DNA of 64,000 nucleotides from Oikopleura dioica (lineage: Eukaryota > Animalia > Chordata). Below are positions 23,765 to 33,282 of the stretch, one piece after another (positions within the stretch are counted from its first letter, which is position 1; each line of letters opens with the position of its first letter). Position numbers and translations under genes: made by a program. The notes beneath the pieces are model-generated. The model saw only the letters and a list, made by a program, of their open reading frames with translations, did not search any database and had not been told where the DNA came from. The stretch spans positions 5,642,001-5,706,000 of the forward strand of contig OU015568.1 of NCBI GenBank assembly GCA_907165135.1. The letters run 5' to 3'.

Positions 23765-25615
23765 CTAGATGGACGATTCGGATCGGCTTGACAGATGGTT
23801 TGCTCTCGAAAGTTGTGTAGCGACGTATGGCTGTTGAGTTGGTTTGCAGCACTTGAACTTGATGATGCATCCCGCGACGATTATGAGGAGAACGAGTGTA
23901 GAGAGTGTCGAAAGAAACCCAAGGATTGGCGCGAAGTAGTTATCGTATATCCAGTCTTTTGCGCTTTCAACTTCGGTCTTTGCAGTATCTTTCATCATTT
24001 GTAGAGTCGATTTGTGTCTGACATTGAAGTCGTCTTCCATTTTGTGTAGTTGTCGGAAAGAATCGTCTATCTTCTTGCCCATTGCATCGATTTCTTCGTC
24101 CTCTACGTTTCTTGGTCTTATCTGCATAGGTGCAATATAGTTGATTCGTGATGTTGCTTTTGCTAGTTGATGTCCCGCAGATATCTTGAGGATACGGGGA
24201 CCGCAGTCGAGAGCACCAGCGAAGACTGTCTTGTAGAATGTGTCGATGGCCTCAACCTGTTTTGAAGGATGGTGATGAAAGAATTCCACGGTGGATGGGT
24301 GCCTGATGGAGACGAATGCGCGTTCGAAATCTTCGTAAAGGCCACACTTGAGATTGTCCATTTCGATCGTCTGGCAGAGCTTCGTATTGTTGTGAACGAG
24401 CACGCTTTCGCCGCATTGGTTCGGCTCCAAAATAGACGTCGCGCAGCTGTAACTTGGCGTGAAGTGAAGGCAATTTGACGGGTTCATCTCGAGAATCTCG
24501 TTTGAGGGCATCTTTACGAGGAATTGAGGGAGGTCAAGTCGCCATCGTGTGCCGTCAGCATTGAAAAATCCAAGATTAATTACTTGATACCTTTTTGCCA
24601 CAAGTTTCATTCGAGGGATCGGAAGGCGGATGTTCACAATAACTTCCTTGATACGAAATTGCTCGGCGAAGGTCCCATTTTCTGTAGTGTAGGTTGTGAG
24701 TCCGAGGCCGTGGAAGCGTAAGTTGGTATCCCAGCGAGTGGTGTGGAAGGCAAACTCTGTGCAGAATCGTTTGGCAGCTTCCATTTCCACTGTCTGTAGG
24801 GCGATGCATTGCGCTTTCACGGAGTCCAGGAATTTGGAGAACAGCGGCAAGCGATGGTTGGTGAGCGTAAGAACGGCTTTTACCAGCTGTCTTCCATCAT
24901 CACGTGACTGTTCAGCAAAGTATTGGTTGATAGACGAACCTTCTCCCTCAAGGATTTCCTTAATTGCCTCCTCGTCTGCAGGTATGTCGATTCCACCCCA
25001 GGTTATGATTGGTGCGTTTGAGCGGCGGATTTTCTTGACCGCAAGGTCGAGCTCATCTTTTACAAGTTCGACGACGTTCTCCAGCTGGGTTATTCTTTGA
25101 CGTTCATGTTCAACTTCCTGGCGGATCTCCTCGTCTCGTCCCCTAGATGCTGAATCTACGTACCAGGTGTAGCCTCCTGTTGCAACAACTGCTACGCCCC
25201 CGATCGCGGCAGGATTTCTTCGTACTCGTCTCGCACGCTGCTGGCTAATCAATTTGTCGAATGTGCGGTTGTATCTCTCGGTAAACTGTAAATCGCTGCC
25301 GATGTAGCTGAGTACGATCTGGTCGAAGGTGTCGAAGGCTTTCGTGCAAAATTCGCTTTCTGTTGTAATTCTGCTGCTGTTGAGTCCAAAGAAGTTGTCA
25401 GGCTTTGGAAGAAGTCCGGTTGATTCATCTCCACAGTCAAGGTTCAATCCATCTCGAAATTTTTTCCGAGGGCTGTTGACCATGATAGCAATATCTCTGG
25501 GTATCTCTGAGTCGAAAACATAGATATCGTCAAGCTCTTTGAAGATGACGCCTGATTTTCGGTCGAAAATGTAGTCGGCGAAGGAAAAAGTAAGTAGGAT
25601 TGCGAAATTTTTCAT
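23765..25615 (-). CDS. env: Envelope (class I fusion-type) glycoprotein, ~616 aa
   Basis: Signal peptide MKNFAILLTFSFA, furin site RARRVRR followed by the hydrophobic peptide NPAAIGGVAVVATGG, heptad region, Cys-rich ectodomain, and C-terminal TM (ILGFLSTLSTLVLLIIVAGCII). It lies between pol and the 3' LTR. Confidence 0.9.
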   Translation of the reverse strand: MKNFAILLTFSFADYIFDRKSGVIFKELDDIYVFDSEIPRDIAIMVNSPRKKFRDGLNLDCGDESTGLLPKPDNFFGLNSSRITTESEFCTKAFDTFDQIVLSYIGSDLQFTERYNRTFDKLISQQRARRVRRNPAAIGGVAVVATGGYTWYVDSASRGRDEEIRQEVEHERQRITQLENVVELVKDELDLAVKKIRRSNAPIITWGGIDIPADEEAIKEILEGEGSSINQYFAEQSRDDGRQLVKAVLTLTNHRLPLFSKFLDSVKAQCIALQTVEMEAAKRFCTEFAFHTTRWDTNLRFHGLGLTTYTTENGTFAEQFRIKEVIVNIRLPIPRMKLVAKRYQVINLGFFNADGTRWRLDLPQFLVKMPSNEILEMNPSNCLHFTPSYSCATSILEPNQCGESVLVHNNTKLCQTIEMDNLKCGLYEDFERAFVSIRHPSTVEFFHHHPSKQVEAIDTFYKTVFAGALDCGPRILKISAGHQLAKATSRINYIAPMQIRPRNVEDEEIDAMGKKIDDSFRQLHKMEDDFNVRHKSTLQMMKDTAKTEVESAKDWIYDNYFAPILGFLSTLSTLVLLIIVAGCIIKFKCCKPTQQPYVATQLSRANHLSSRSESSI

Positions 25616-25873
25616 TTCTGATTTTTGTGATGAGTCGGCGGGTCTGTCGGGTATATATGCCGTCGAAGACGGGGCGCCATCAGCTGTTGATAAGAATCGG
25701 TAGGCCAAGTGTGAAACTCAACCAGGTCAGCTGATCGGATTTGATTGTCACGCTTTAGGCGGGGTGGTAGCTGTTGACATATTTTTCCAGTAGCGGTGTC
25801 GGGGTCGCGTTTGTAAGGCATATTTGAGTTGGTCTTCGTTTGAACTTTGAGAAAGGAGATCTCGAATACTTCT

Positions 25874-28800
25874 TCACAAAAAGTGAGCAGGATCTATGAT
25901 AAGGTTCCCACTCGCCGTTGTTTTGAGAAATGGGAATTTTTCTTTTGCCTTTGCCGTGATTTCAATCGTTAATTCGCTTTTAGATTTTCCGTCAATCTCA
26001 ACAGTCAGGCCCATATGTTTTGCAAGGACGCCCATTTCTACAATGGTGAAGGCACTGAGGTATGTTTTCTTTTCCAGCATCAACGCGTTGTGTTTTATTA
26101 GGTAAAACCCTTCGTCGTCCTTTTCCCAATCAGGGTGGTTCGCATTTATCCATTCATTTATCTTCTCTAGTTTTTTCGCCTTCGAATTTTTGAGTGAGGA
26201 CCAAGCTCCTAGTTTTATTCCGCATTTGTAATCCCGGATGAATTTTTCTAGAGCTTTTTCGTGAAGGTTCGCTATTCTTTGGACGACAGGAGAGACGAGT
26301 TTACGTGGTGGCTGATGAGACTCGACATTTTCGGTTAAATCCGCAACCTCTGTCGAATCACTGTGGATGGACCTATTTTCCTGGCTTACTGCCTCTGATT
26401 CGGCATCATAGAAGACTGTCTCATTTGAAGGATCTGGCGTTGATGGGGGCTGTTGATTGTTTCCAAGGCTATTATCAGGGTTAGAGGAGTTTACGTAATC
26501 TGCTTTGGGCTGGTTTTCTGGGCTTGAGGATCGAGTTCCGCTTGAGCTTTGCAGTGTTGATGAAATGTCAGGTTGTTGCTGTTGTGTTCGTATGATGGTT
26601 TGGCTTCTCGTTTGGATACAGTAGGATGTTCTCTTGCGCGTGTCTCGTTGCGTTGCTTCTCCCATTGGATCTCTGGGGGCTGAATCTTCGGTTTCTGTAG
26701 CCTGTTGTCTTCGAACAAACGGTTTCAAATGCGATATATGTCGGCTTATTTCCCTGCCAGAATCCAGGTTCTCCAATAAAAAGCTAAGACCCTGTTTTTT
26801 GACTTTCGTTATCTTCATTGGCCCAGTCCATTTGTAGATCTTCTCGAGAGGATCCATGTTCTTGCATAAAACAAGGTCACCTTCTCTGAAGTCCTTGATT
26901 GCCTCATTGGATGAGCGTCGTTTCTCATGGTTCTCCGAAATCCTTTCATAGACTTCTTTAAAGCTGACTTCCTTTCGTTCTTCGTTGGGTCTAAACTTGT
27001 CATTGGCGTTTTGACCTCTGAATCCTGTCTCAATTTCGAATGGAGTCGCTTTGGTTACAGAATGTTTCGCCGAATTCATCTGATGAATGACATATGGAAG
27101 GTGAATGTCCCAGTTTTCCATTTTGCAGGCAAGCTTGAGTCTCGACTTGATTGTTCTATTGCGATTTTCACACTCTCCATTTGTTTGTGGGTGGTAGGCA
27201 GGAGATAGGGATACTTTGAGTCCTTTATCCTCACACCACTCTTTGACGTCTTTGAACTCGCCCCCATTATCCATAAGGATTTCTGTTGGGAGATGGGGGT
27301 TTCGTAGCCATTCGTGCTTGACTGCCTGCAATACTTCTTCAGGTTTTTTTGTTCGGAGAGCAGTTGCATTCGTCCTTTTGCTGAAGAGATCTGTGCTCAC
27401 GCAAATGTAGCGCTTGTAGTTGTCCGTTAGCGGAAGAGGTCCAACTAAGTCAATCGAGTATCGTTGAAAAGGCTTTGTCGGTGGTTCAACATGGCCGAGC
27501 GGGGCATTTAGCGGATTGTTCACTGGTTTGATCAATTGACAGTCAAGGCACGACTTTATGTGATCTGTTACCATCATCTTCATATCTGGTCGGAAATACT
27601 TTGCTTCTATGCCGTCGAGGGTCTGTCCAATACCGGGATGCCCAGAATTATCGTGGTATTCACGTAGGATATCCGGAATGAGACTGATGGGAGGAATAAC
27701 TCTGAAGCCGTTTTCATAGATTCCAAGGAGGCCATCTTCTCTGACAGCGATCTTTTCCCTGGCTCGCAGGAAGTTTTTGATCTCTCCAACGGGTAAATTC
27801 GGCCAGCGGTCAATCTGGTGGTAGTGGAGCAGTTCTCTGATGACTGGATCCCCTTGCTGTAGAAACAAGAGGTCTCGTGGCTTGAGAATGTTGATTGAAA
27901 TTTCCTCGGACGCTATGTTATTCCTTGACAAGCAGTCAGAGACTTGCATTTCTTTCGAAGGCTTCATCACCGTCTTGAAGTCGAAATCGCTTATCTCTGC
28001 GAGCCATTTAGCTATTTTGAGCTTCCTGCTCATGACTCTGTGCGCCCAATTGACGACGGAATTGTCGGTATACCAAGTAAACTGTCTTCCCATAAGATAA
28101 TGGGACCATTTTTCCATCGCCTTTTTACCAGCAAGGAGCTCCTTCTCGCTGATATTATAATTCTTCTGCGCCTCATCGAATTTCTGGGATAGATAAGCGA
28201 CAGGCAGGAATTTAGTGTCGTTTGTTCGGCAATAAAGCAAGACAGCTCCTATTCCAGACTCACTGGCATCAGTCTCGATTGCAAAATGGCCTGAGTTCGG
28301 GTTTGGTATTTTTAAGGAATCGACGTAATCGCCAATTTCGTTTTTAAGCAAATCCAGAGCGTCATCGGCTTCTCTTGTCCATTTGAATCCTTTGCTCATC
28401 GCCTTGTTTATTGGTGCAGCTTTTGACGCAAAATGAGGGATGAAGGCGCGATGATAGTTGAGAAGTCCAAACACGCTTGAGGCTTCTTTCTTTGATGTTG
28501 GCCGTGTTAGTTCTCGGACTGCTCGCGTTTTATCTGGATTCGGGGAACGGAACCCGTCCTCAATAATTGCACCGCAGAATTTTATTTTCTTCTTGAGAAA
28601 CTCTGTTTTCGCCGCCCGTATCTTCAGATTATTCTTCCTTAGGGCAATAAATACTTTTTCGATAACTCGAAGATTCTCCTCAAACGTTTTTGAATGAAGG
28701 CAGAGGTCGTCGAGGTAGATTGCGAGCTCGTTACTCGGAATATGCTGGAAGATTTTATCCATCATTCTCTGGAAGACAGCGGGAGCATTTTTTCCGCCCA

Positions 28801-30115
28801 TTGGCATCGCCGACCATGTAAATTGCCCGAAATCTGTTGTAATTGCCACTTTCTGCTTCGTTTCTTCATCGCACGGTATTTGATGGAATCCCGTAAAGAG
28901 GTCTGCCGTCGAAAATACCTTTGAGTCTGCCATTTGATCAATAAGGCCATCGATATCTGGCAACGGGTATTGGTTCGCAATTGTGACTGCGTTAAGCTTA
29001 CGGTAGTCACAAACCAGGCGCCATTTTCCGTTAGCTTTTTTCACGAGTAAGACTGGGGCGGCCCAAGGGCTTGAACAGGGCTCAAGAAGTCCGGACGAAA
29101 GATAAGCGTCGATGATTCGCCGCAGCTCGTTTCTTAGATAATAAGGCGTCTTGTACCGTTGTGAAGCTACTGGAGCAGCGTCCCCAGTATCGATCGTGTA
29201 GGACATCGCGTCTGTGGTTCCCAGTTGCTCGTCTTCCAAGGCAAATACATCGATGTATAGCATGATTAATTCCTCGAGTTTTCTTCTGATCGTCTGTGGG
29301 ACGTCTCCTATACTCAACTCTTTCATGACTTCGTTGAATTTACCAAGTTTCGCAGGTTCCGGGACTCTTATTTCGACTTCTTTAATTTGGCAGATAGCTG
29401 TATTCTTGTTGATGTTGACTGGAAATGCCGATTTATTTGCGATGTGGATTCTTGTCTTATTTTGAAGATTACCAAGTTGGACGCATTGATCGTAGATTTC
29501 AATATTTTTATTGGTGGAGTTTTCTGGAATTGTACAGATATAACTTGTTGGAGAAGCTCTTAGGTCGATGTCGATAAAGGTAGATGAATGTGGCGTGATG
29601 GTGACAGGAACTGCTGCCACAGCTGTAGTTGAAAAGAAGTTTGTCTTTGATATAGCTTTGATTCCAATCGCAGAACTTTTGCAAATTTTGATTCTTTCTT
29701 CTATCAAGTCTTTGCGGATTACGCTCTTACGAAGGTCGATAAGGATTCCATTTTCGGTAAGCTCAGGTGTTCCGAGAATCGGGCTACAGTGATCGCCGAC
29801 CACGTAAAAAATGCAATTTTCCAGGGAAATATTGCCGATTTGAAAGTTTGTTGAGATGCATCCGTAAACCTGAATCTCGGAGCCATTATAAGATTGAAGT
29901 TGTATTGGAGATGGGACGATAGATGACTGATGATGAGACGGGATAAGATTACGGGGTAAACACGACACTTGGGCACCAGTGTCGATCTGGAAACAAGTTT
30001 GCTGACCATAAATTGAGGCATTAGTGAGAAGTTTTGGGCCGACTCGGCTGACGATAGGCGAGACGGTAGCTTGGACCTTATGTGACGAATCATAAGATCC
30101 ATTTCTTAGTTTTTT
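25874..30115 (-). CDS. pol: Pol polyprotein (protease-RT-RNase H-integrase), expressed by -1 frameshift from gag
   Basis: IDTGA protease, YLDD RT, TDASESGIG/EKELLA RNase H, H..H..C..C zinc motif and DDE integrase, in gypsy order. The ORF is uninterrupted. Confidence 0.97.
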   Translation of the reverse strand, partial: KKLRNGSYDSSHKVQATVSPIVSRVGPKLLTNASIYGQQTCFQIDTGAQVSCLPRNLIPSHHQSSIVPSPIQLQSYNGSEIQVYGCISTNFQIGNISLENCIFYVVGDHCSPILGTPELTENGILIDLRKSVIRKDLIEERIKICKSSAIGIKAISKTNFFSTTAVAAVPVTITPHSSTFIDIDLRASPTSYICTIPENSTNKNIEIYDQCVQLGNLQNKTRIHIANKSAFPVNINKNTAICQIKEVEIRVPEPAKLGKFNEVMKELSIGDVPQTIRRKLEELIMLYIDVFALEDEQLGTTDAMSYTIDTGDAAPVASQRYKTPYYLRNELRRIIDAYLSSGLLEPCSSPWAAPVLLVKKANGKWRLVCDYRKLNAVTIANQYPLPDIDGLIDQMADSKVFSTADLFTGFHQIPCDEETKQKVAITTDFGQFTWSAMPMGGKNAPAVFQRMMDKIFQHIPSNELAIYLDDLCLHSKTFEENLRVIEKVFIALRKNNLKIRAAKTEFLKKKIKFCGAIIEDGFRSPNPDKTRAVRELTRPTSKKEASSVFGLLNYHRAFIPHFASKAAPINKAMSKGFKWTREADDALDLLKNEIGDYVDSLKIPNPNSGHFAIETDASESGIGAVLLYCRTNDTKFLPVAYLSQKFDEAQKNYNISEKELLAGKKAMEKWSHYLMGRQFTWYTDNSVVNWAHRVMSRKLKIAKWLAEISDFDFKTVMKPSKEMQVSDCLSRNNIASEEISINILKPRDLLFLQQGDPVIRELLHYHQIDRWPNLPVGEIKNFLRAREKIAVREDGLLGIYENGFRVIPPISLIPDILREYHDNSGHPGIGQTLDGIEAKYFRPDMKMMVTDHIKSCLDCQLIKPVNNPLNAPLGHVEPPTKPFQRYSIDLVGPLPLTDNYKRYICVSTDLFSKRTNATALRTKKPEEVLQAVKHEWLRNPHLPTEILMDNGGEFKDVKEWCEDKGLKVSLSPAYHPQTNGECENRNRTIKSRLKLACKMENWDIHLPYVIHQMNSAKHSVTKATPFEIETGFRGQNANDKFRPNEERKEVSFKEVYERISENHEKRRSSNEAIKDFREGDLVLCKNMDPLEKIYKWTGPMKITKVKKQGLSFLLENLDSGREISRHISHLKPFVRRQQATETEDSAPRDPMGEATQRDTRKRTSYCIQTRSQTIIRTQQQQPDISSTLQSSSGTRSSSPENQPKADYVNSSNPDNSLGNNQQPPSTPDPSNETVFYDAESEAVSQENRSIHSDSTEVADLTENVESHQPPRKLVSPVVQRIANLHEKALEKFIRDYKCGIKLGAWSSLKNSKAKKLEKINEWINANHPDWEKDDEGFYLIKHNALMLEKKTYLSAFTIVEMGVLAKHMGLTVEIDGKSKSELTIEITAKAKEKFPFLKTTASGNLIIDPAHFL

Positions 30116-31214
30116 GGCATTCGTTTTGGGCAGATATCCTTGATGTGGCCTCGTTTGTTGCAAATGTGGCAAATGACGGTGCCTCTGCAGTTCTTCTTTG
30201 TGTGGCCCTTGACTCCGCAGCTGTAGCAGATCATCGGCGCTCCGTCCTGTCTTCTTTCAAATTGTCTTGGCTGTCGAAACGGCTCGATGTGTCTTTCTGA
30301 TGTAAATTGAGCAGCTGTATCTATCGCCCTTTGTTGCTCGTAGGATTTCCTCTGGTCGGGCGCAGGTTGTTTTTGCCGAAGATTAGCTTGAACTTTGTTT
30401 ACCTCGGTGAACTCTTGTCTAAGAGAGTTCATTTTGTCCTCCATCATTGAAGCAAGTGTTGACTGAAGAGATTCCATCAGAAATTCTCGAGTGGGAAGGG
30501 TAGAGAATTGATGAGTGAGAGCAGTGACTTGTTCCCGTAGCATCGTGTCGTCTGCTGAGACGGCTTTGACTTCGATCCGGCGTTTATGTTTCTTCATTTG
30601 GTCAAGGTATTTCGCGGTGTCACCGGTGTCGCATGATGACTTGCCTTGGTCCAAGAGATAGCGTCGTAGTTCGGGTGTCAAGTTCGCATTGAATGCTTCC
30701 TCCAGAAAATGTTTCTGTAGAACAGTGTTACCTTTGCTGGCGGTGGTGGCTAGCTTTTCAAGTCGAGTGTGAAACCTCGTAAATGTCTCTTCTTCTTCTA
30801 GTCGCCGACTGATTGTGTTCAACTTGCGTCGGGCCTCTTTAGCTTCTTCCTCAGTGTTCTCTACGCCGATGATCTGGTGAAGAAGGTCAAAAAGTCAGAT
30901 GATCCCTTGATATCCACAACTTCGTCTTCGTAGCGTTCGCGGAAGGAGGAATCAAGATGAGAGAGGCAGATATTCCGGCGTGTTCGTTTGAACTCGGTGT
31001 CGAGGGCTGTCTTTTCGCTAGTGTTTTCTTTAATTTCGTGAAGTTTTAGGGATGTGTCAAAAATAAGTTTCATTCGCTCCATTTTTGCTCGAAGGTCGGT
31101 CTCTAAGATTTTTAGCTGTCTCTTTGTCGTCTTTGTCGTAATTTTTGTCTTAGGAAGTGTGTTGTCTTCGAATGCTTCGAGAAGTTCGATTGGGTGTCTC
31201 AATGTGGTCGCCAT
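30106..31214 (-). CDS. gag: Gag with two CCHC zinc knuckles; one apparent frameshift at ~30890
   Basis: ATG at 31214-31212 (MATTLRHPIE...). CYSCGVKGHTKKNC and CHICNKRGHIKDIC at the C-terminus. The two ORFs join if a T5 run were T6. Confidence 0.88.
31203..31213 (-). promoter_or_regulatory. Primer-binding site TGGCGACCAC directly after the 5' LTR
   Basis: The TGG start is complementary to tRNA CCA and abuts the LTR. The cognate tRNA (Arg-like?) is unverified. Confidence 0.7.
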
Positions 31215-31881
31215 GATAAGGTCTGACAAAACTGGAGGCGAACTTTTAGTCGATCGAGGTTTTATTGAATTTGAATGTTTTTGGCAGGGCAAAAATCACT
31301 TATAAAGGGAGTCAGAGTCAGTCAGGTGTTTCAAAGTGGGGAAATAAGTCAGTTGTTTATGATTGCAATCGTCGATTCGTCACGTCGATAACTGTAATCG
31401 GGTCAGCGCACATTAAAATAGGACAGAATAAGGGGTTTTGTACAAGTCAGATCAAAATAAGTAAGAAATATGTAAAATATTACTCAAATTTTACAAAAGT
31501 CGAAATATCTTATATACGTGGCGAGCAAGTAAGAAATTTGTAAAACATTACTAAAATTTTACAAAAATCTCTTGGATGTCTATGTGGCGTTTAAGTAAGA
31601 GATTTGTAAAAATTACTAAAATTTTACAAAAGTCGGAATAACTTACGTCTGTGGCGAATGAGTAAGAAATTTGTAAAATATTACTAAAATTTTACAAAAA
31701 TCTCTATGAATGTCTAAGTGGCGCAAAAGTAAGAAATTTGTAAAAAATTACTAAAATTTTACAAGTGTCAAAATAATAACTGAGAGTGGCGAGTAAGTAA
31801 GAAATTTGTAAAAATTACAAAAATTTTACAAAGTTGTCAGCTTGTGAGATTTTATATTTGCCGGTTCGCTCAGTCGTGTCA
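31214..31881 (-). repeat. 5' LTR (668 bp)
   Basis: Near-identical to 23071-23741 and followed by the PBS on the minus strand. Confidence 0.97.
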
Positions 31882-32695
31882 GTGGGTATTTACTTAACCC
31901 TCTGCTACTAGATTCATACTTTTTCACAAAGTTTCCGAAAAGTTAGAAGACCGAAAATCAAGAAAGAATGACGGTTCTTTCGGCGGCGCCATTGTTCAAG
32001 TCTAGAGAAAAAGACAATGGCGCGCCGCAAAACAATAGAAAAGAAGCGCAGCGAGGGCTGACTTCACTTTTTCTTTCCCATTTTCTAGCGGCAAATAACA
32101 ACATTTTTATAATTTTAAAGCCGAAGATCTATTTAAAAAAGGTTGAAATTTTATAAAATCAAAAAATTTTTGAGAATTTTCAATGTTAAGTTTTCCTTAA
32201 AAGCATTGAAAGCGCGCGTAGCATTCAGGATGCTACGCGCTCGGCAACGGGTTAAAGAGGTTATATGTTTTCTCAAATCCCTCCAAAATTAAAGTTTCCG
32301 AAAATTGGTTTAGTCGTAAATAAAATCCTTTCCGAAATTAAGCTCGATCGCAAAAGCGAAATCGAAAACGTAGTTTTGAATAAAAATTCTTTCATCAAAG
32401 ACGAATCCATTTCCAAAATACTCACACTCATCATTAATAAGTCCATCTGTATTTGTATATGAAGGATCATCAGAAGCAAATAATTGTGAATAACAGAGAG
32501 ATCTGCCCTCATATTTAACAAGAGAACCGATCCATTCACTTCCAACAGTCAAAAATTTCCCATCCGCTTCCAGTAAAATTGAATACATGGTGTTCGAAAG
32601 AGCAATGCTTCTGGAAACGAGAATCAGCATCAGTCGTCCAACATCTATCTTTCGTCGAGTTACAATTAGGGCCGACGCGTAAAAATCAACCCCTA

Positions 32696-33282
32696 GAAAG
32701 CATCAACGCAGAGAGCTGAAACTTCGGGACATTATGTAGTTCGACCCAACTAAAATTGCTTTTGAAAATTTTTGGTCAGGTCACGTGGTCACGTGATACA
32801 GGCCTCCGAAAAGCTAGAAAAGCTTGACGACCTTGAACGCCTGGTCAACGTCGATCAGCTCATACCTCAGAAGAAAGAGTTCAAAAATTATTTTTAATGA
32901 GCAAATAATATTTTTGGTGGTGCAATCACGTGAGGCAGAAGAGCTCGTTCAAACGTCCAAAGCGGCTGTTCTCAATGAACCCATGAAAGCTTGATTTTTC
33001 CATATTTTTACCAATTTTTTGGGGCTTTTGTACCTTCTATCGCCTCACGTGATTGCGCCACCAAAAATATTATTTACCCTATAAGAATTACTTTTTGAGC
33101 TCTTTCTTCTGAGGTATGAGCTGATCGACGTTGACCAGGCGTTCAAGGTCGTCAAGCTTTTGCTTTTCGGAGGCCTGTATCATGTGACCACGTGACCAGA
33201 CCAAAAAATTTTCAATAGCAATTTTAGTTGGGTCGAACTACATAATGTCCCGAAGTTTCAGCTCTCTACGTTGATGCTTTCT
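32696..33282. mobile_element. Near-perfect ~590-bp palindromic (foldback) insertion
   Basis: GAAAGCATCAACGCAGAGAGCTGAAACTTCGGGACATTATGTAG... is mirrored to 33282 and is absent from copy A (~5285). The exact ends and TSD are unclear. Confidence 0.8.

Larger units (their letters stand above)
23071..31881 (-). mobile_element. Full-length Ty3/gypsy LTR retrotransposon with env (Tor-like endogenous retrovirus)
   Basis: TG...CA LTRs at 23071-23741 and 31214-31881, a 5-bp TSD GTGGG (23066-23070, 31882-31886), and gag, pol and env on the minus strand. Confidence 0.97.
22950..32251. mobile_element. piggyBac-like MITE (~490 bp) split by the LTR retrotransposon
   Basis: TTAA|CCCGTTTCCGAGCG ... CGCTCGGCAACGGG|TTAA, with a CGTAGCAT..ATGCTACG subterminal palindrome at both ends. 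Confidence 0.85.
20521..32316. mobile_element. Probable outer TA-type TIR element that contains the whole 20.6-32.3 kb nest
   Basis: The right end TTCCGAAAATTGGTTTAGTCG|TA (32316) is the reverse complement of GACTAAACCAATTTTTGGAA at 20522. A second degenerate copy at ~21374 makes the left end ambiguous. Confidence 0.5.
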
